Source: an uncultured Deinococcales bacterium (GTDB lineage Bacteria; Deinococcota; Deinococci; Deinococcales; JAAFIG01). Taken from it: a stretch of DNA of 32,156 nt. The translations under genes were made by a program, and so were the position numbers. The stretch spans positions 1-32,156 of the forward strand of contig CAXTKV010000036.1 of the NCBI GenBank assembly GCA_964244895.1, written 5' to 3'. Positions within the stretch are counted from its first letter, which is position 1, and every line of letters starts with the position of its first letter. Positions 1 through 9,601 of this stretch are shown one piece after another. The notes under the pieces were generated by a model. The model had not been told where the DNA came from, ran no database searches, and saw only the letters and a program-made list of their open reading frames with translations.

Positions 1-79
1 TATGGGCATGTCAGAGACGCTCCAACATGCAGACGGGGAGCAAACATATCGTAGGAATCCAAAAACTACGAACCAGAAA

Positions 80-2425
80 TCAGCCACCTGGATGCTGGAG
101 GTGCGCGCCGATAGCCCCGACGGTGAACGACTCAAGGAAGTCTGTCCGGGCGCAGACCTCCATGGCCTTGTCTTCCGTCAGCGCCTCGGTGGAATCGACC
201 GTGTCCTCTCCGCCGCCCTTGATCCAGGCACTCTCCCAGAGCACCGCGAGCAGGTGCGTGCCGAGTTGCATCACCTCGATCGTCTTCGTGCCGAACTGTT
301 GCCAGAAGACCTCCGCCCGATCCTTGGGCTTGCCCGAATAATCGATGAAGGCCTGCACGATCTCCGAGGGCGGCAGCGACTTGAAGGTCGAACGCATCAG
401 TTCGATCGTGAGCTTCGCTGCGGAGAATCCGTCCCCGATAAGTTCCCCAGTCTCAACTTTGGCCGTCAGGGCCAGCGCGTCGAGGATCTGGCCTCGGTTC
501 GCGTTGATCATCTCGTCCTCGTAGGCGGCGTGGACGCCCTTGCCGAGCGGATCCTGCACGTCCTCGACCGTGCCGTTTCGGTGGTGAACCGTGCGCGTCA
601 CTGGACGCAGCGGATCCCCGTCGTGGAGGTACGAGACGTGCAGCGGCTGGCACGCGTCAGCGACGTAATGTGTCAGCACGCCCGCTGCGCACACGAACTC
701 ATCCGCCTGGCCCGCCGCCGCGAACTTGACCATCTCATCGAAGATCTGCCAGACCCGGAACGGCAGCAGGCCGCGGTGCTTGGCTTCGATCGGATCCCCC
801 GAGAGCAGGTCGCGCACGGAATCGTAGAACGCGTTCCAGGCGTCCGCGTCGATGTTCGTCGGAGCCTTGCACAGGGCGAGCAAGTCCTGACCCGCATCGT
901 TTTTCTGATCCATGTCGGCGAAGTGGTTCGGCCCCTCGAAAGGCCGGGCGTGGCCCTGACGGCCATGCTTCCAGTAAAAATCGGGAACGTCCGCCAAGTG
1001 GACGAAGGCCTGGCTGCCCATGCCCTTGAACTCGGCGTTTCGAATCGTCTCGTCGTCGGGCGCGATCAGCGCGGCGTTGTTGGTCATCAGTTCGGTCAGC
1101 TTGCGGTTGTCGCCCGAGAGAGCGCCTACGACGCGCGAAGCGATCGAGAAGTGGCCGACCGCGCCCCAGGTGTCGGGCTGGTCGAGGTTCCAGTCGCGCA
1201 CGAGATCGACGTCGAGCAGGTTGCAGACGGTGCTGAGGAAGGTCGCCAGCGCGTAGGATTGCGGCCCCTGACCGCCCCCGTGGAGCAGGTGCTCGCCCCA
1301 CTGGATCGCCAGCGGTCGGTAGGAGGGCTTAGGGGGGCTCTCGTCGTCCGTGCGCTTGCCGTTGGCCTGAGCGGGCTGAGGCTCGAGCAGGTAAAGCGTT
1401 CCCGAGTCTCCCGGATGGGTAGCAAAGGAAGGCGGGGTCTGGGCACGCGTTCTCGAGGGCTTGGCCACGTCGGTGTGGGCCACCGAGCGCGGGCCGACCA
1501 AGACATCGGCGATGTAGTCGAATCCGCCCTGGGACTTGTAGCGGTAGAAGAGCGCGTGGATCTCGCCGAGCAAGAGTCCGCTGGCGCTGCCGTGGCCGCG
1601 CACCTGGCAGCCGACCAGGGCCAGGCTGATGCTGTGAACGGAGAGGTCGAACATCGGTCCCATCGTGCCGATCCCCTCGATCTTGGCCGTCCAGTCCTCG
1701 AGCCGGTCGATGTCGATCAAGCCGACGTCGAGGTTGACGAAAACATCGTTCCCCACGAAGCCGGGGTAGAGCTCCATGAAACGCATCCGCGTGAGCTGCT
1801 TGGTTGCCGTGACCCCGATCCGCTCGGTTCGGCCCTGGAGCTTGGTATAGACGACCTCACCGGGTTCGCCCGTGACGTGTCGGTTGGTCAGGGCGTAGGT
1901 CTTGTGACCGTCGCGCACCAGGCAGGCGACGGTGGCGACGTGCTCCTGATTCTGGACGCGGGCCGTGATCGGGCGACCGCCACCGATGTTGTTCAGGGGG
2001 AACTCGATCTCGGGGGTCGGCGGGACGCTCAGCTCGCGCGGGGCGCTGATCACGCAGACCGGCACGCGCCGGCCATCCGGGAGGTAGAGGGTCTTCGGCA
2101 CGACCTCGTCCGGGTCGTAGCCGCCCCCCTCCTGGAACTTATCGAGCGGCACCCAGTGGTCGACAAAGGCCAGGATCGCCGGCCACGAGTACGGTCGAAC
2201 CTCGGAGTTCTCGAGGGTGCGCTCCCCCTTGCCGTGGATCTTGCCAGGGCCGTGCTCGTCGGGCCAGCTGTCACCGACACGGATGCGGTAGCGCCCGATG
2301 GCGGTGGCGACGACGTTCGGGTGGCGCATCAGGTGGACGTGATACAGGTCCTGAGCGTCCAGGAGATCCTTGAGCGAGAGCTGATCGTAGTTGTTGAGGG
2401 ACGACTGGTAGGCACGCAAGTCCAT
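80..2425 (-). CDS. NAL1-like trypsin-type serine protease fused to a C-terminal S1/P1 nuclease / phospholipase C-type Zn domain (781 aa)
   Basis: ATG at 2425 follows AAAGGA (track uses upstream TTG 2440). N-half: VATAIGRYRIR..PAILAFV (NAL1-type N-domain), LTNRHV (His), LDVGLI (Asp), HPGDSG (Ser). C-half: WGAVGH, ADVPD, NHFAD, HYVADACQPLH, VHAAYED, matching the S1/P1-PLC zinc ligands. No signal peptide. Confidence 0.85.
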   Translation of the reverse strand: MDLRAYQSSLNNYDQLSLKDLLDAQDLYHVHLMRHPNVVATAIGRYRIRVGDSWPDEHGPGKIHGKGERTLENSEVRPYSWPAILAFVDHWVPLDKFQEGGGYDPDEVVPKTLYLPDGRRVPVCVISAPRELSVPPTPEIEFPLNNIGGGRPITARVQNQEHVATVACLVRDGHKTYALTNRHVTGEPGEVVYTKLQGRTERIGVTATKQLTRMRFMELYPGFVGNDVFVNLDVGLIDIDRLEDWTAKIEGIGTMGPMFDLSVHSISLALVGCQVRGHGSASGLLLGEIHALFYRYKSQGGFDYIADVLVGPRSVAHTDVAKPSRTRAQTPPSFATHPGDSGTLYLLEPQPAQANGKRTDDESPPKPSYRPLAIQWGEHLLHGGGQGPQSYALATFLSTVCNLLDVDLVRDWNLDQPDTWGAVGHFSIASRVVGALSGDNRKLTELMTNNAALIAPDDETIRNAEFKGMGSQAFVHLADVPDFYWKHGRQGHARPFEGPNHFADMDQKNDAGQDLLALCKAPTNIDADAWNAFYDSVRDLLSGDPIEAKHRGLLPFRVWQIFDEMVKFAAAGQADEFVCAAGVLTHYVADACQPLHVSYLHDGDPLRPVTRTVHHRNGTVEDVQDPLGKGVHAAYEDEMINANRGQILDALALTAKVETGELIGDGFSAAKLTIELMRSTFKSLPPSEIVQAFIDYSGKPKDRAEVFWQQFGTKTIEVMQLGTHLLAVLWESAWIKGGGEDTVDSTEALTEDKAMEVCARTDFLESFTVGAIGAHLQHPGG

Positions 2426-2563
2426 GGCAATTCCTTTCAAACACTGGTCAAACAGATCCGGGCGACGTGGCGATCGCTTCAGTGACCTTTGGATGGGGCT
2501 TCATGGGTTCGCCGCGAAATAATTGGTCTTCGTCGGTCTCCACTCGAGACTGGAGAACCGCGC

Positions 2564-3652
2564 TCACGCCTCCTTTTGCCAGTCTGCGAGCTCATCGCTG
2601 ACATGCCCGACTGCGACCTGGGCAGCCCGCTCGAGCCAGCCTTTCGGTTGACGATTGATGTGCTCGGTTGCGCGCTGACACGCCTTCGCATCCCCGAGGT
2701 GGACGTTGCCCGTCTCGAAACCCATCGCACCCAGAAGCTGCAACAGGTGTGCCTCCCCCGTGACGTGTTTGAGTTCGATCCGGATCGCATCCGGCCCCAA
2801 GCGCCGACCCACCCAGCGCGCACTGAAGTGCAATTTCGGGTCTTGGTCTCGCACCGCATGCCCAATCACTTCCCGTTGCTTCGGTCGCTCGGCGATCAGC
2901 CCCGCCCACCGGCCTGCCGACGGCACGAGCCGCTTGACCTCCTGCACGACCGATTGCCCCTCAAGCGACCGCATCACCACGAAGCGTGGCCTTCCGAGGC
3001 TGCCGAGCCCGGCCCGAAACCGCTGGTGGACCTCGCCTCGCGTCAAGTCGGGAAACGGTGCGCGCAGCACCTTCAGCGCTTCGGCTGGGACGGCTTCGGA
3101 AGGTGGCCCAAGGTCTTTCTCGAGCCCCTCGAGGAACCGCTTTTCCGTGGGCATGGCGCGCTGCGCGTGCTCGCGCAGCCAGCGGTGCTTCTCGAGCCGG
3201 AACGGTCGCCCGCCGGATCGGATGGCGCTCGCGTAGCCGTCGAGGATCTCGTCGCAGGCCGCGCGAGGGGTGAGGGGCAGCACGCCCGAATCGATGGCAA
3301 TCAGCGCACTCGTCGCGAGACGCACGAGGTCGAAGGCGTAGGGGTAGCGGCCCGCCTCGTCGAAATCGTTGATGCCCCACACCAGCCCGCCCGGCGTTCG
3401 CCACGTCCCGAAGTTCTCGAGGTGTGCGTCCCCGACGGACGGCACGAGCGGAATGGCCTCGAGTTCGGGAAAGTGTTCGCGCCAGGTCTGGGCGAAGCGG
3501 AAGAAGGTCGCGCGGAAAAACCGGAACGCGTCCAGGCGCATCTGAGCGTGCTTATAGGCGAGATCCGCGGCCACGAGCGGCGTCTGCGCGCGCAGCCACG
3601 ACTCGAACTCGCGGTTGGCCTCCCGAAAGCGCATCCACACCCCCGTAAGCAT
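2564..3652 (-). CDS. DUF2252 family protein (protein-kinase-like fold)
   Basis: Motifs FRFFRATF, VGDAHLENFG, WGINDFDEA, DLVRLATS, AGLGSLGRPRF, EVK are typical of DUF2252. Start may be ATG 3634. Confidence 0.85.
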   Translation of the reverse strand: MLTGVWMRFREANREFESWLRAQTPLVAADLAYKHAQMRLDAFRFFRATFFRFAQTWREHFPELEAIPLVPSVGDAHLENFGTWRTPGGLVWGINDFDEAGRYPYAFDLVRLATSALIAIDSGVLPLTPRAACDEILDGYASAIRSGGRPFRLEKHRWLREHAQRAMPTEKRFLEGLEKDLGPPSEAVPAEALKVLRAPFPDLTRGEVHQRFRAGLGSLGRPRFVVMRSLEGQSVVQEVKRLVPSAGRWAGLIAERPKQREVIGHAVRDQDPKLHFSARWVGRRLGPDAIRIELKHVTGEAHLLQLLGAMGFETGNVHLGDAKACQRATEHINRQPKGWLERAAQVAVGHVSDELADWQKEA

Positions 3653-3700
3653 CCATACCTGCGGCCAGACCTCGAGTCCTGGCCTAATCGATCGAAGCCC

Positions 3701-4723
3701 TCAGAAGGTGATCGTCCAGCCCCGATGTCGCGCGTCCTTGCGGCTGTACGACACGCCGTGAACCTTCAAGCCGTTCGGGTCGAGCAGCGTGATCAACCCA
3801 CCCCGATCCGAGAGTTGCACCTCACCCGCGAGCGCAATGGTTTTCGTGTCCCCGGCCTTGATCGTTCCTGACAGGGCGAAGAGGTCCTTCTGCGCGTCCG
3901 CGATCGACCAGCCCTTGAGGCTCACATCCTCGCTCGAGGTGTTGAGAAGGATAACCGTCTCGCGCCCGCCGTGGGTGGGGTTGACGACCGCCGCCACGAT
4001 CCGCACCACGAAGCTGGGCTCCTTCTGCGGCCCGCCCGGCAGGGGCGGCGTGACGGGTTGCACGCCCTTGAGCTTGTGTCCGGTCTGATCGTCGGTGTGC
4101 CAGGGTTGCGACTGGAACTTGATGAACGCCCCTACCCAGGTCTGGCGGGACGGGAGCTCGAGCAGCCACGCCCCATCCTGCCAGACGCCGTCGTCCTTGA
4201 CCCAACGCCGGGAGTTGCCCTGATTCATGTGGATGTCGTGCACACCGTTGTCCGGCTCGGGGTGGAAGTACGCGTGTTGCGGAGCCTGGCCTGGAGCGTC
4301 CTGCCAGCGCTGGCCGAAGGCGTAGACGATGGCCTTCGGGTCAGCCTCGGCCAGCTTGACGTAGAACTCGAACTTCTCGTTGAGGTCGTTGTCCGGTCCG
4401 GGCACGTCGAAGGGCAACACCGTGAAGTCGCGCGGGTCGAAGAGGTTGGCGCGGATGAAGTCGAGTGCGACCCCGCCAGGTTTGGAGGCGAGTGGTGAGA
4501 AGCCCTCGCGGAGCGCGCGAAGTTTCGGGAGGATCGGATGGTCGAAGCGTTCGCGAATCAGGTATTCGACCTCGGAGGGAGCCTCGCCGGAGCGCACGTT
4601 GATCGCCACGCGCGAACGCAAGCCGGGTGACTCGACGAGCAGTTGGAAGTGGTCGGCGGCGTCGGTGGCGAGGACGTGCTCGAGGATGCGACCTTTCAGC
4701 ACGCCGTAATGCTTGAGCGGCAT
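3701..4723 (-). CDS. DUF2278/YukJ family protein with C-terminal lamin-tail domain (340 aa)
   Basis: ATG 4723 (MPLKHYGVLKG) follows GAGAGGGGA. Motifs LDFIR, YAFG, NGVHDIHMNQGN, DGVWQDG, FQSQ; C-terminal VRIVAAVVNP..ETVILLN..VSLKGWSIAD..L..GGLITLLD is LTD-like. The track's extension to 4948 looks spurious. Confidence 0.85.
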   Translation of the reverse strand: MPLKHYGVLKGRILEHVLATDAADHFQLLVESPGLRSRVAINVRSGEAPSEVEYLIRERFDHPILPKLRALREGFSPLASKPGGVALDFIRANLFDPRDFTVLPFDVPGPDNDLNEKFEFYVKLAEADPKAIVYAFGQRWQDAPGQAPQHAYFHPEPDNGVHDIHMNQGNSRRWVKDDGVWQDGAWLLELPSRQTWVGAFIKFQSQPWHTDDQTGHKLKGVQPVTPPLPGGPQKEPSFVVRIVAAVVNPTHGGRETVILLNTSSEDVSLKGWSIADAQKDLFALSGTIKAGDTKTIALAGEVQLSDRGGLITLLDPNGLKVHGVSYSRKDARHRGWTITF

Positions 4724-5071
4724 GGATTCCCCCTCTCGGTCTTTTAAGACTGCAAAAGGGAGTGTACACAGAATCGGAAGTGAGTGGGTCAAACAGCGTC
4801 TAAATGCGTGCAGGGGGCGGCTCTCAGCCCGCACAATGCCTCGCGAAATGCGGCGGAGTGAATCGCGTCGCGCTGGAGTTCGTGGCCGACGCGTCGAAAC
4901 CATCTGATTTGACTGCCGCTGCCCCTTGGTGAACAGCATCGACGGCATCGCCGTGAATGGGGCAACGCGTGGTGGGAGATCTTTCTCGTTCGGAGGACGA
5001 AAACCAAGGCACTCAAGGAACTTATCGGTACTTTCATCTGCCTCATGCCTGGGATGAGCTACCCTGAAGGC

Positions 5072-5713
5072 ATGAGTAACGCTTCGATGATCGCTCGGGT
5101 TCTGTGCACGGCGGTCGGTCTCGCCGCAGTTGCATCGCTGAACCGCGTCGGTGCCCAGCCCATCGCGCTGCCAGCGCCCAACATCACGATTCCATTGTTC
5201 ACCCCGATCAAGTCAGCGCCCTCTTCGAACAATTTCAAGCGCTTCACCACGACATTTGAGGTACTCAACCCGATGGAGCTTCGGATCACCAAAGACGCGA
5301 AGGGTGACGCGGCTTGCGCGACCTACCCGAGCTACGCCGTTTTTCCGTACAGGACAAGCCTCGGAAGGGCTGGGGCGCTGCTAAGGCTCGAGCTTTCAAC
5401 GAGTAAGATCGTAGCTTTATCGAAACTTGGTGCCACGACTCAGGTCTACCAGAAGAACCTCGAGACGCCTCTTCTCAAACTCGATGTTCCAGGAATGCCT
5501 TCACTTCAAGTCGCCGTTTTCGAAGCGAAAGCGGACGCGTTTTCCGCTTTCAAAAAGACCATCACAATCACCCCAGGGATCGCCGACCCGAGGGCGTTAG
5601 CGGTCGGCCTTCAACCGGGGACACACCGTCTGACCTTCACCGTCAAGGATCCAGCCTCCACGAACTGCATCCACGTAGACCTGACCGTGCCCGTGTTCCG
5701 GTCCCTCCAATAG
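5072..5713 (+). CDS. Hypothetical secreted protein
   Basis: Signal-peptide-like N-terminus (IARVLCTAVGLAAVASLNRVGA-Q), beta-rich body. ATG 5072 lies 6 nt after TACCCT; the ORF is open from 5045. Confidence 0.65.
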   Translation: MSNASMIARVLCTAVGLAAVASLNRVGAQPIALPAPNITIPLFTPIKSAPSSNNFKRFTTTFEVLNPMELRITKDAKGDAACATYPSYAVFPYRTSLGRAGALLRLELSTSKIVALSKLGATTQVYQKNLETPLLKLDVPGMPSLQVAVFEAKADAFSAFKKTITITPGIADPRALAVGLQPGTHRLTFTVKDPASTNCIHVDLTVPVFRSLQ

Positions 5714-5874
5714 GTGAGGCGTTCGGTTTGCGCCGAGTGGTTCAGATGCGTACAACCCCATACGATGACGATACAACCGGAACTCGGATCTTGTCACGAG
5801 TTCAGCCGTCCTGAACGCTAAAAACCCTGCATGGTGAGCCCTCGAGGGTGGTCGTGCATTAACATCGTCTGACG

Positions 5875-8187
5875 ATGGACCCCTGGCTGATCCTGGTACT
5901 TTCCTTGTTTGGCACGGTGCTCCTGTGGCCCGTCGTGCTCGGACGTTTGGCAGACGCGCTTCCCAACTTCTTGAAACGATTGCTGCCTGTCCTGGCCGTC
6001 GCTGTCCTGGTGTTCACCGTCATCGACTACCTGCGGGTGAGTCTGAAAAAGCAGGTCGTCGAACGCTTCGCCGTCGTGGGTACCTCCGTTTTGGGAGCCA
6101 CCAAATCCCTTCCTGAGACGAAGCCCTCGAACACCACGAAACAGCCCGGCGATGCGATCGAAAGCGCTCCTGACGAGCGTCTGTTGGGCGGCCTGTTCGC
6201 CGACGAGGCCCGGTCGCTCTCGGGCGCGGTCGCACCGTTTCTCGAAGACGTCCGCGCAAATATTGCGCTGGCGCTGGCTCAGGGTGCAGATGCAGACGTC
6301 TTCCTCTACTCCCCGACCATCAGTTTTAGTACGGATCTGAAAATCACGGTCAACAAACTCAAAAAAGAGTTCGCCTTCAATGACACCGTGGTTGAGAAGC
6401 TTGAGATTGCGGGCGTCTCCGTGCCGGTTGACGCACTGCTTAGACCGCTCGTCCGGACGCTCGGGCAACGGCGATTGCGAATCACGCTGGCGACAGGTGG
6501 CGAGTATTCGGCCATCATCGCCTCCGACACGGGAGAGGAGGTTTGGCGCGTCACGGAAGCTGAGGCCGCCTGCCTCGACGGTTTACAAACTGCCTGTTCA
6601 GACCCAACCTGGAATGCCCAGAGCGATCAGATCAGGGGTGGAGATCGACTCAAGCGTTTGTTGCGCGCGATCGCGGCGAAACTGCTCTTTCACGATGTCG
6701 AGGCAGGCTCCAGCGACGCTTCTTGGATCGTCAAGGCCAACCTGCTCGAGGGACGTTCGATCTTAAACAATTCGTTCGTGCGCGAAAAAGAATCGGGTGA
6801 TCCGAAGTCTTTGACGTTGATCCCCCACGCGCGCTCGGATCTGGCGGCGCGAGCCAAGGCCAAATTCGCGACGTCACTGGGTCTGCTAACTGTCGGAAAG
6901 GTTGCAGCATTCACCAGCGACGAGGACCTCGAAAAGGTTCGCGCCCTGGCCATCCTCGGGCTCTTGGCGGCGCAAGGCGCACAGACGAGCGCCATCGCCA
7001 GCGAGCGCTTTGCCAGCGTCCAGGACATTGATGCGCGCCTGACAGGAACCCTGACTGGAGCCATTGAGCGTTTTGATCGCTGCGGCCTCGTCGGCGCAGC
7101 CTTTCCACTGCCCCAGGAGACCGTCTCGTCCACCCGAAGGCCCCGCGCGAAGGCTGAGGCGGCAATCCGGGCGACACGGTTCTACGCAGCCATCATCGAT
7201 CAGGCCGCCAGCATCCTCGCGTCGGTGGACGGTCGCCCGAAGTCAAAGCCACAACAAGATCATGACGATCATCAACTCCTGGCGCTGATGGCGTCGGTGC
7301 AGTACGTCGCCCACCTTCAGCGCGCGCAAGCCTTTGAATGCGCCGACCAGCTGCAGCTCGCCATACGGGACGAGGAAGCCGCCGAAAAGGATCTCAACCG
7401 CTTGGCGAATCTTTCAACGAACGACCTGAAGATTGCCACTCAACTCGCCCTTCGAGGTTCCGAAGTTCGGATCGCGCTGCGCGAAGTGAAGCTCGCACGG
7501 CAGAGACTTGAGCAAGCTAATTTTACGTCTTCAAGCGATCCGATCACGAGCAGCCTGCTCAAAGATGGCCGTGTACGAATAGAAAAAGCCATCACAGAAG
7601 AGGACAAAAATGCTGTTTTGCGGGCAAAATACCGATCGCAACTCGTCGAAAATATTCTCCTTGACGCCGGATCAGCAGAGGCTGGAAATGCACAGCGCGC
7701 ATTGCAGGAGGCCCTCGGGGATCTCAGGGGCGCGACAGATATCGAGGCGAAACGAGCGAAGCTCTCGGTCTTGCTCGGATTCGTTTCTTTGTACAAGAAT
7801 CAGGACGATTCAGCAACGCGCATTGGACTCCAGGCCCTTAGCAACCCCCAGGTTCGACTGCCGGAGTTTCTAGCGTCTTATCTCAGGCTCAGGTATGAAG
7901 ACCAAAAACCATACGCGATCGGAACGGCTCAAACGGAGCAGTTCAGAAGTTTGAAGCAGATGATCACGGCGCTCAATTGCTTGGGGAACCAGGCCAAGAC
8001 CGCACTGGCCGAGGCTCGCGAGGTCTTCGATGGGCTCCGTGCGGCAGGTGAGTGGAGTCCAGCCGACCTCCAGCTGCTGGGTCACCTCGAGATCCTTTCG
8101 CAGGTGGTTGCCGTCGTTGGCGAGCGCTTTCGGGATCAACGACATCAGACGGCTACCTATGTATATGGACAATGCTTGGTCAGGTGA
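5875..8187 (+). CDS. Hypothetical membrane-anchored, largely alpha-helical (possibly TPR-like) protein, 770 aa
   Basis: Long ORF with two N-terminal hydrophobic helices followed by an Ala/Leu-rich helical region; no family recognised. Confidence 0.7.
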   Translation: MDPWLILVLSLFGTVLLWPVVLGRLADALPNFLKRLLPVLAVAVLVFTVIDYLRVSLKKQVVERFAVVGTSVLGATKSLPETKPSNTTKQPGDAIESAPDERLLGGLFADEARSLSGAVAPFLEDVRANIALALAQGADADVFLYSPTISFSTDLKITVNKLKKEFAFNDTVVEKLEIAGVSVPVDALLRPLVRTLGQRRLRITLATGGEYSAIIASDTGEEVWRVTEAEAACLDGLQTACSDPTWNAQSDQIRGGDRLKRLLRAIAAKLLFHDVEAGSSDASWIVKANLLEGRSILNNSFVREKESGDPKSLTLIPHARSDLAARAKAKFATSLGLLTVGKVAAFTSDEDLEKVRALAILGLLAAQGAQTSAIASERFASVQDIDARLTGTLTGAIERFDRCGLVGAAFPLPQETVSSTRRPRAKAEAAIRATRFYAAIIDQAASILASVDGRPKSKPQQDHDDHQLLALMASVQYVAHLQRAQAFECADQLQLAIRDEEAAEKDLNRLANLSTNDLKIATQLALRGSEVRIALREVKLARQRLEQANFTSSSDPITSSLLKDGRVRIEKAITEEDKNAVLRAKYRSQLVENILLDAGSAEAGNAQRALQEALGDLRGATDIEAKRAKLSVLLGFVSLYKNQDDSATRIGLQALSNPQVRLPEFLASYLRLRYEDQKPYAIGTAQTEQFRSLKQMITALNCLGNQAKTALAEAREVFDGLRAAGEWSPADLQLLGHLEILSQVVAVVGERFRDQRHQTATYVYGQCLVR

Positions 8188-8204
8188 TGCGATTCGTGCC
8201 CGCC

Positions 8205-8726
8205 CTAACGACGCCCAGCACCCTCTGAGCGGTCATACCCTGTACCGGTTTCGTAAGCGAGGAGCGTACCGACAACCGCGAGGCTCCAACGCACCCAGTC
8301 CTGGATGCTGCCCCATCTAGCGATCAACGCTCCCGCTAGGGCGCAAAGCAGCAGCAAACCCAGTGGCCAGAATCGCGCCCAACTTGGCGGAGGATGCTTC
8401 ACGGGCTGGAGACTCGCCAGGCGCTCCTCCAGCACAATCGAGGAAACAATGTTGACGTGATCTGGATCGTGCGCGAGCCAGAGCGCTCCACTTTCGGGTT
8501 GGGCAACGAGCTCGCATAAGGTTCGCAGACCATTGCGGACGACCGATAAATTGGCTGCGACCTGTGCGGCCTGACTCTCGGTATCCATCCGGACGGATAG
8601 GTTCGAGAGTGCGCGTGCCGCATCGGCACCGAGGCGCGCATCTACGAGCACGCCCATGCCGGTGCGAAGGCGATCCTCGTCCGCGCGGATACGGGCTTCG
8701 AGGTCAACCGTCGGAGGTTCGCTCAT
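8205..8726 (-). CDS. Hypothetical membrane protein, 173 aa
   Basis: Coiled-coil-like N-terminus and two C-terminal hydrophobic segments; CATAAT lies 6 nt before the ATG. Confidence 0.6.
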   Translation of the reverse strand: MSEPPTVDLEARIRADEDRLRTGMGVLVDARLGADAARALSNLSVRMDTESQAAQVAANLSVVRNGLRTLCELVAQPESGALWLAHDPDHVNIVSSIVLEERLASLQPVKHPPPSWARFWPLGLLLLCALAGALIARWGSIQDWVRWSLAVVGTLLAYETGTGYDRSEGAGRR

Positions 8727-8762
8727 TCATCCATTATGCCGCAATCTGATCGGGCTGTTCGA

Positions 8763-8999
8763 TCAGACCGTGGTCTTCCCAGACCACGAACGATTCGACG
8801 CGGTGTGGGTGTAGCTGGCGAATTTCGAGGCATGGGTGATGTCGAGGAGCTCAACGACATTGTCCTTGCTAGGAGGGAATAGACGAGTTGGTTTTCCGTC
8901 ACTTCTGATGATCCAGAATCTCGATTCTGATTTGAGAATTGATCCTCCATCAACCTGCCCCACAACCAATGAAGTGGGGCTAGAGACCATCTTGAACAT
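8763..8999 (-). CDS. Short hypothetical ORF or gene fragment next to the IS remnant
   Basis: 78 codons with protein-like composition; no clear RBS; may be a remnant. Confidence 0.25.
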   Translation of the reverse strand: MFKMVSSPTSLVVGQVDGGSILKSESRFWIIRSDGKPTRLFPPSKDNVVELLDITHASKFASYTHTASNRSWSGKTTV

Positions 9000-9046
9000 C
9001 AGCCCACGATGACAGGATGATCAAGCCCGCCACCATCACCCCAACA

Positions 9047-9520
9047 CTCGATGACCAATACGAAAAGCCCGAAGACCTGCCCGGCGAGAACGGGCTTTAA
9101 AAGCAGTTGACCAAGGCGTTACTCGAGCGCGCCCTCAAAGCCGAGATGACCACGCACCATCGGGCTTTGCACGCGTAGGTGTGACGGGCACGCCCAAGGA
9201 GAGTCCGTTACCGATGAGAACGGCAACAAACGCAATGGCCTTACAGCAAAGACCGTCCAAGCCGAATTCGGTCAACTCGAAATCGAGGTTTCCCGCAACA
9301 ACGATGACTGCTTTGAGCCAAAGCTTGTGAAGAAACACCAGCCGCGATTGCGCGGTCTGAACACGAGCATCGTCAATTTCTAAGCCAAGGGCATGAACAC
9401 CCGCGAAAACCAAACTTACCTCGAAGAGATGTACTGCGTCGAGGTCAGCCCAGAATGACTCTCGAACGTCACGAACGCTGTCACGGACGCGACCAAAGCC
9501 TAGCAGTCAGGTCGGCACTC
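9047..9520 (+). pseudogene. Degenerate IS256-family transposase, N-terminal fragment
   Basis: Manual translation across stops and frameshifts: YEKPEDLPGENGL*KQLTKALLERALKAEMTTH..NGNKRNG..KTVQAEFGQLEIEV..FEPKLVKKHQ..F*AKGMNTRE..LEEMYCVEVSPE*LSNVTNAV..A*Q, a classic IS256 N-terminus. At least 4 in-frame stops; DDE region absent. Confidence 0.85.
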
Positions 9521-9601
9521 GGATCGCTACGTTCGAGGCTTTGGCACGGAATGAATTCAGGTGTCTTTCCAGGCGTTCCATAAGTCGAGCGCCGCGACGA
9601 A

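Noticed and set aside
2..3871. Long + strand ORFs 2..2485 and 2489..3871
   Set aside because: Antisense shadows of motif-bearing minus-strand genes; typical of high-GC codon bias, with no recognisable motifs.
9135..9413. 92-aa minus-strand ORF
   Set aside because: Antisense to the IS256 transposase remnant.
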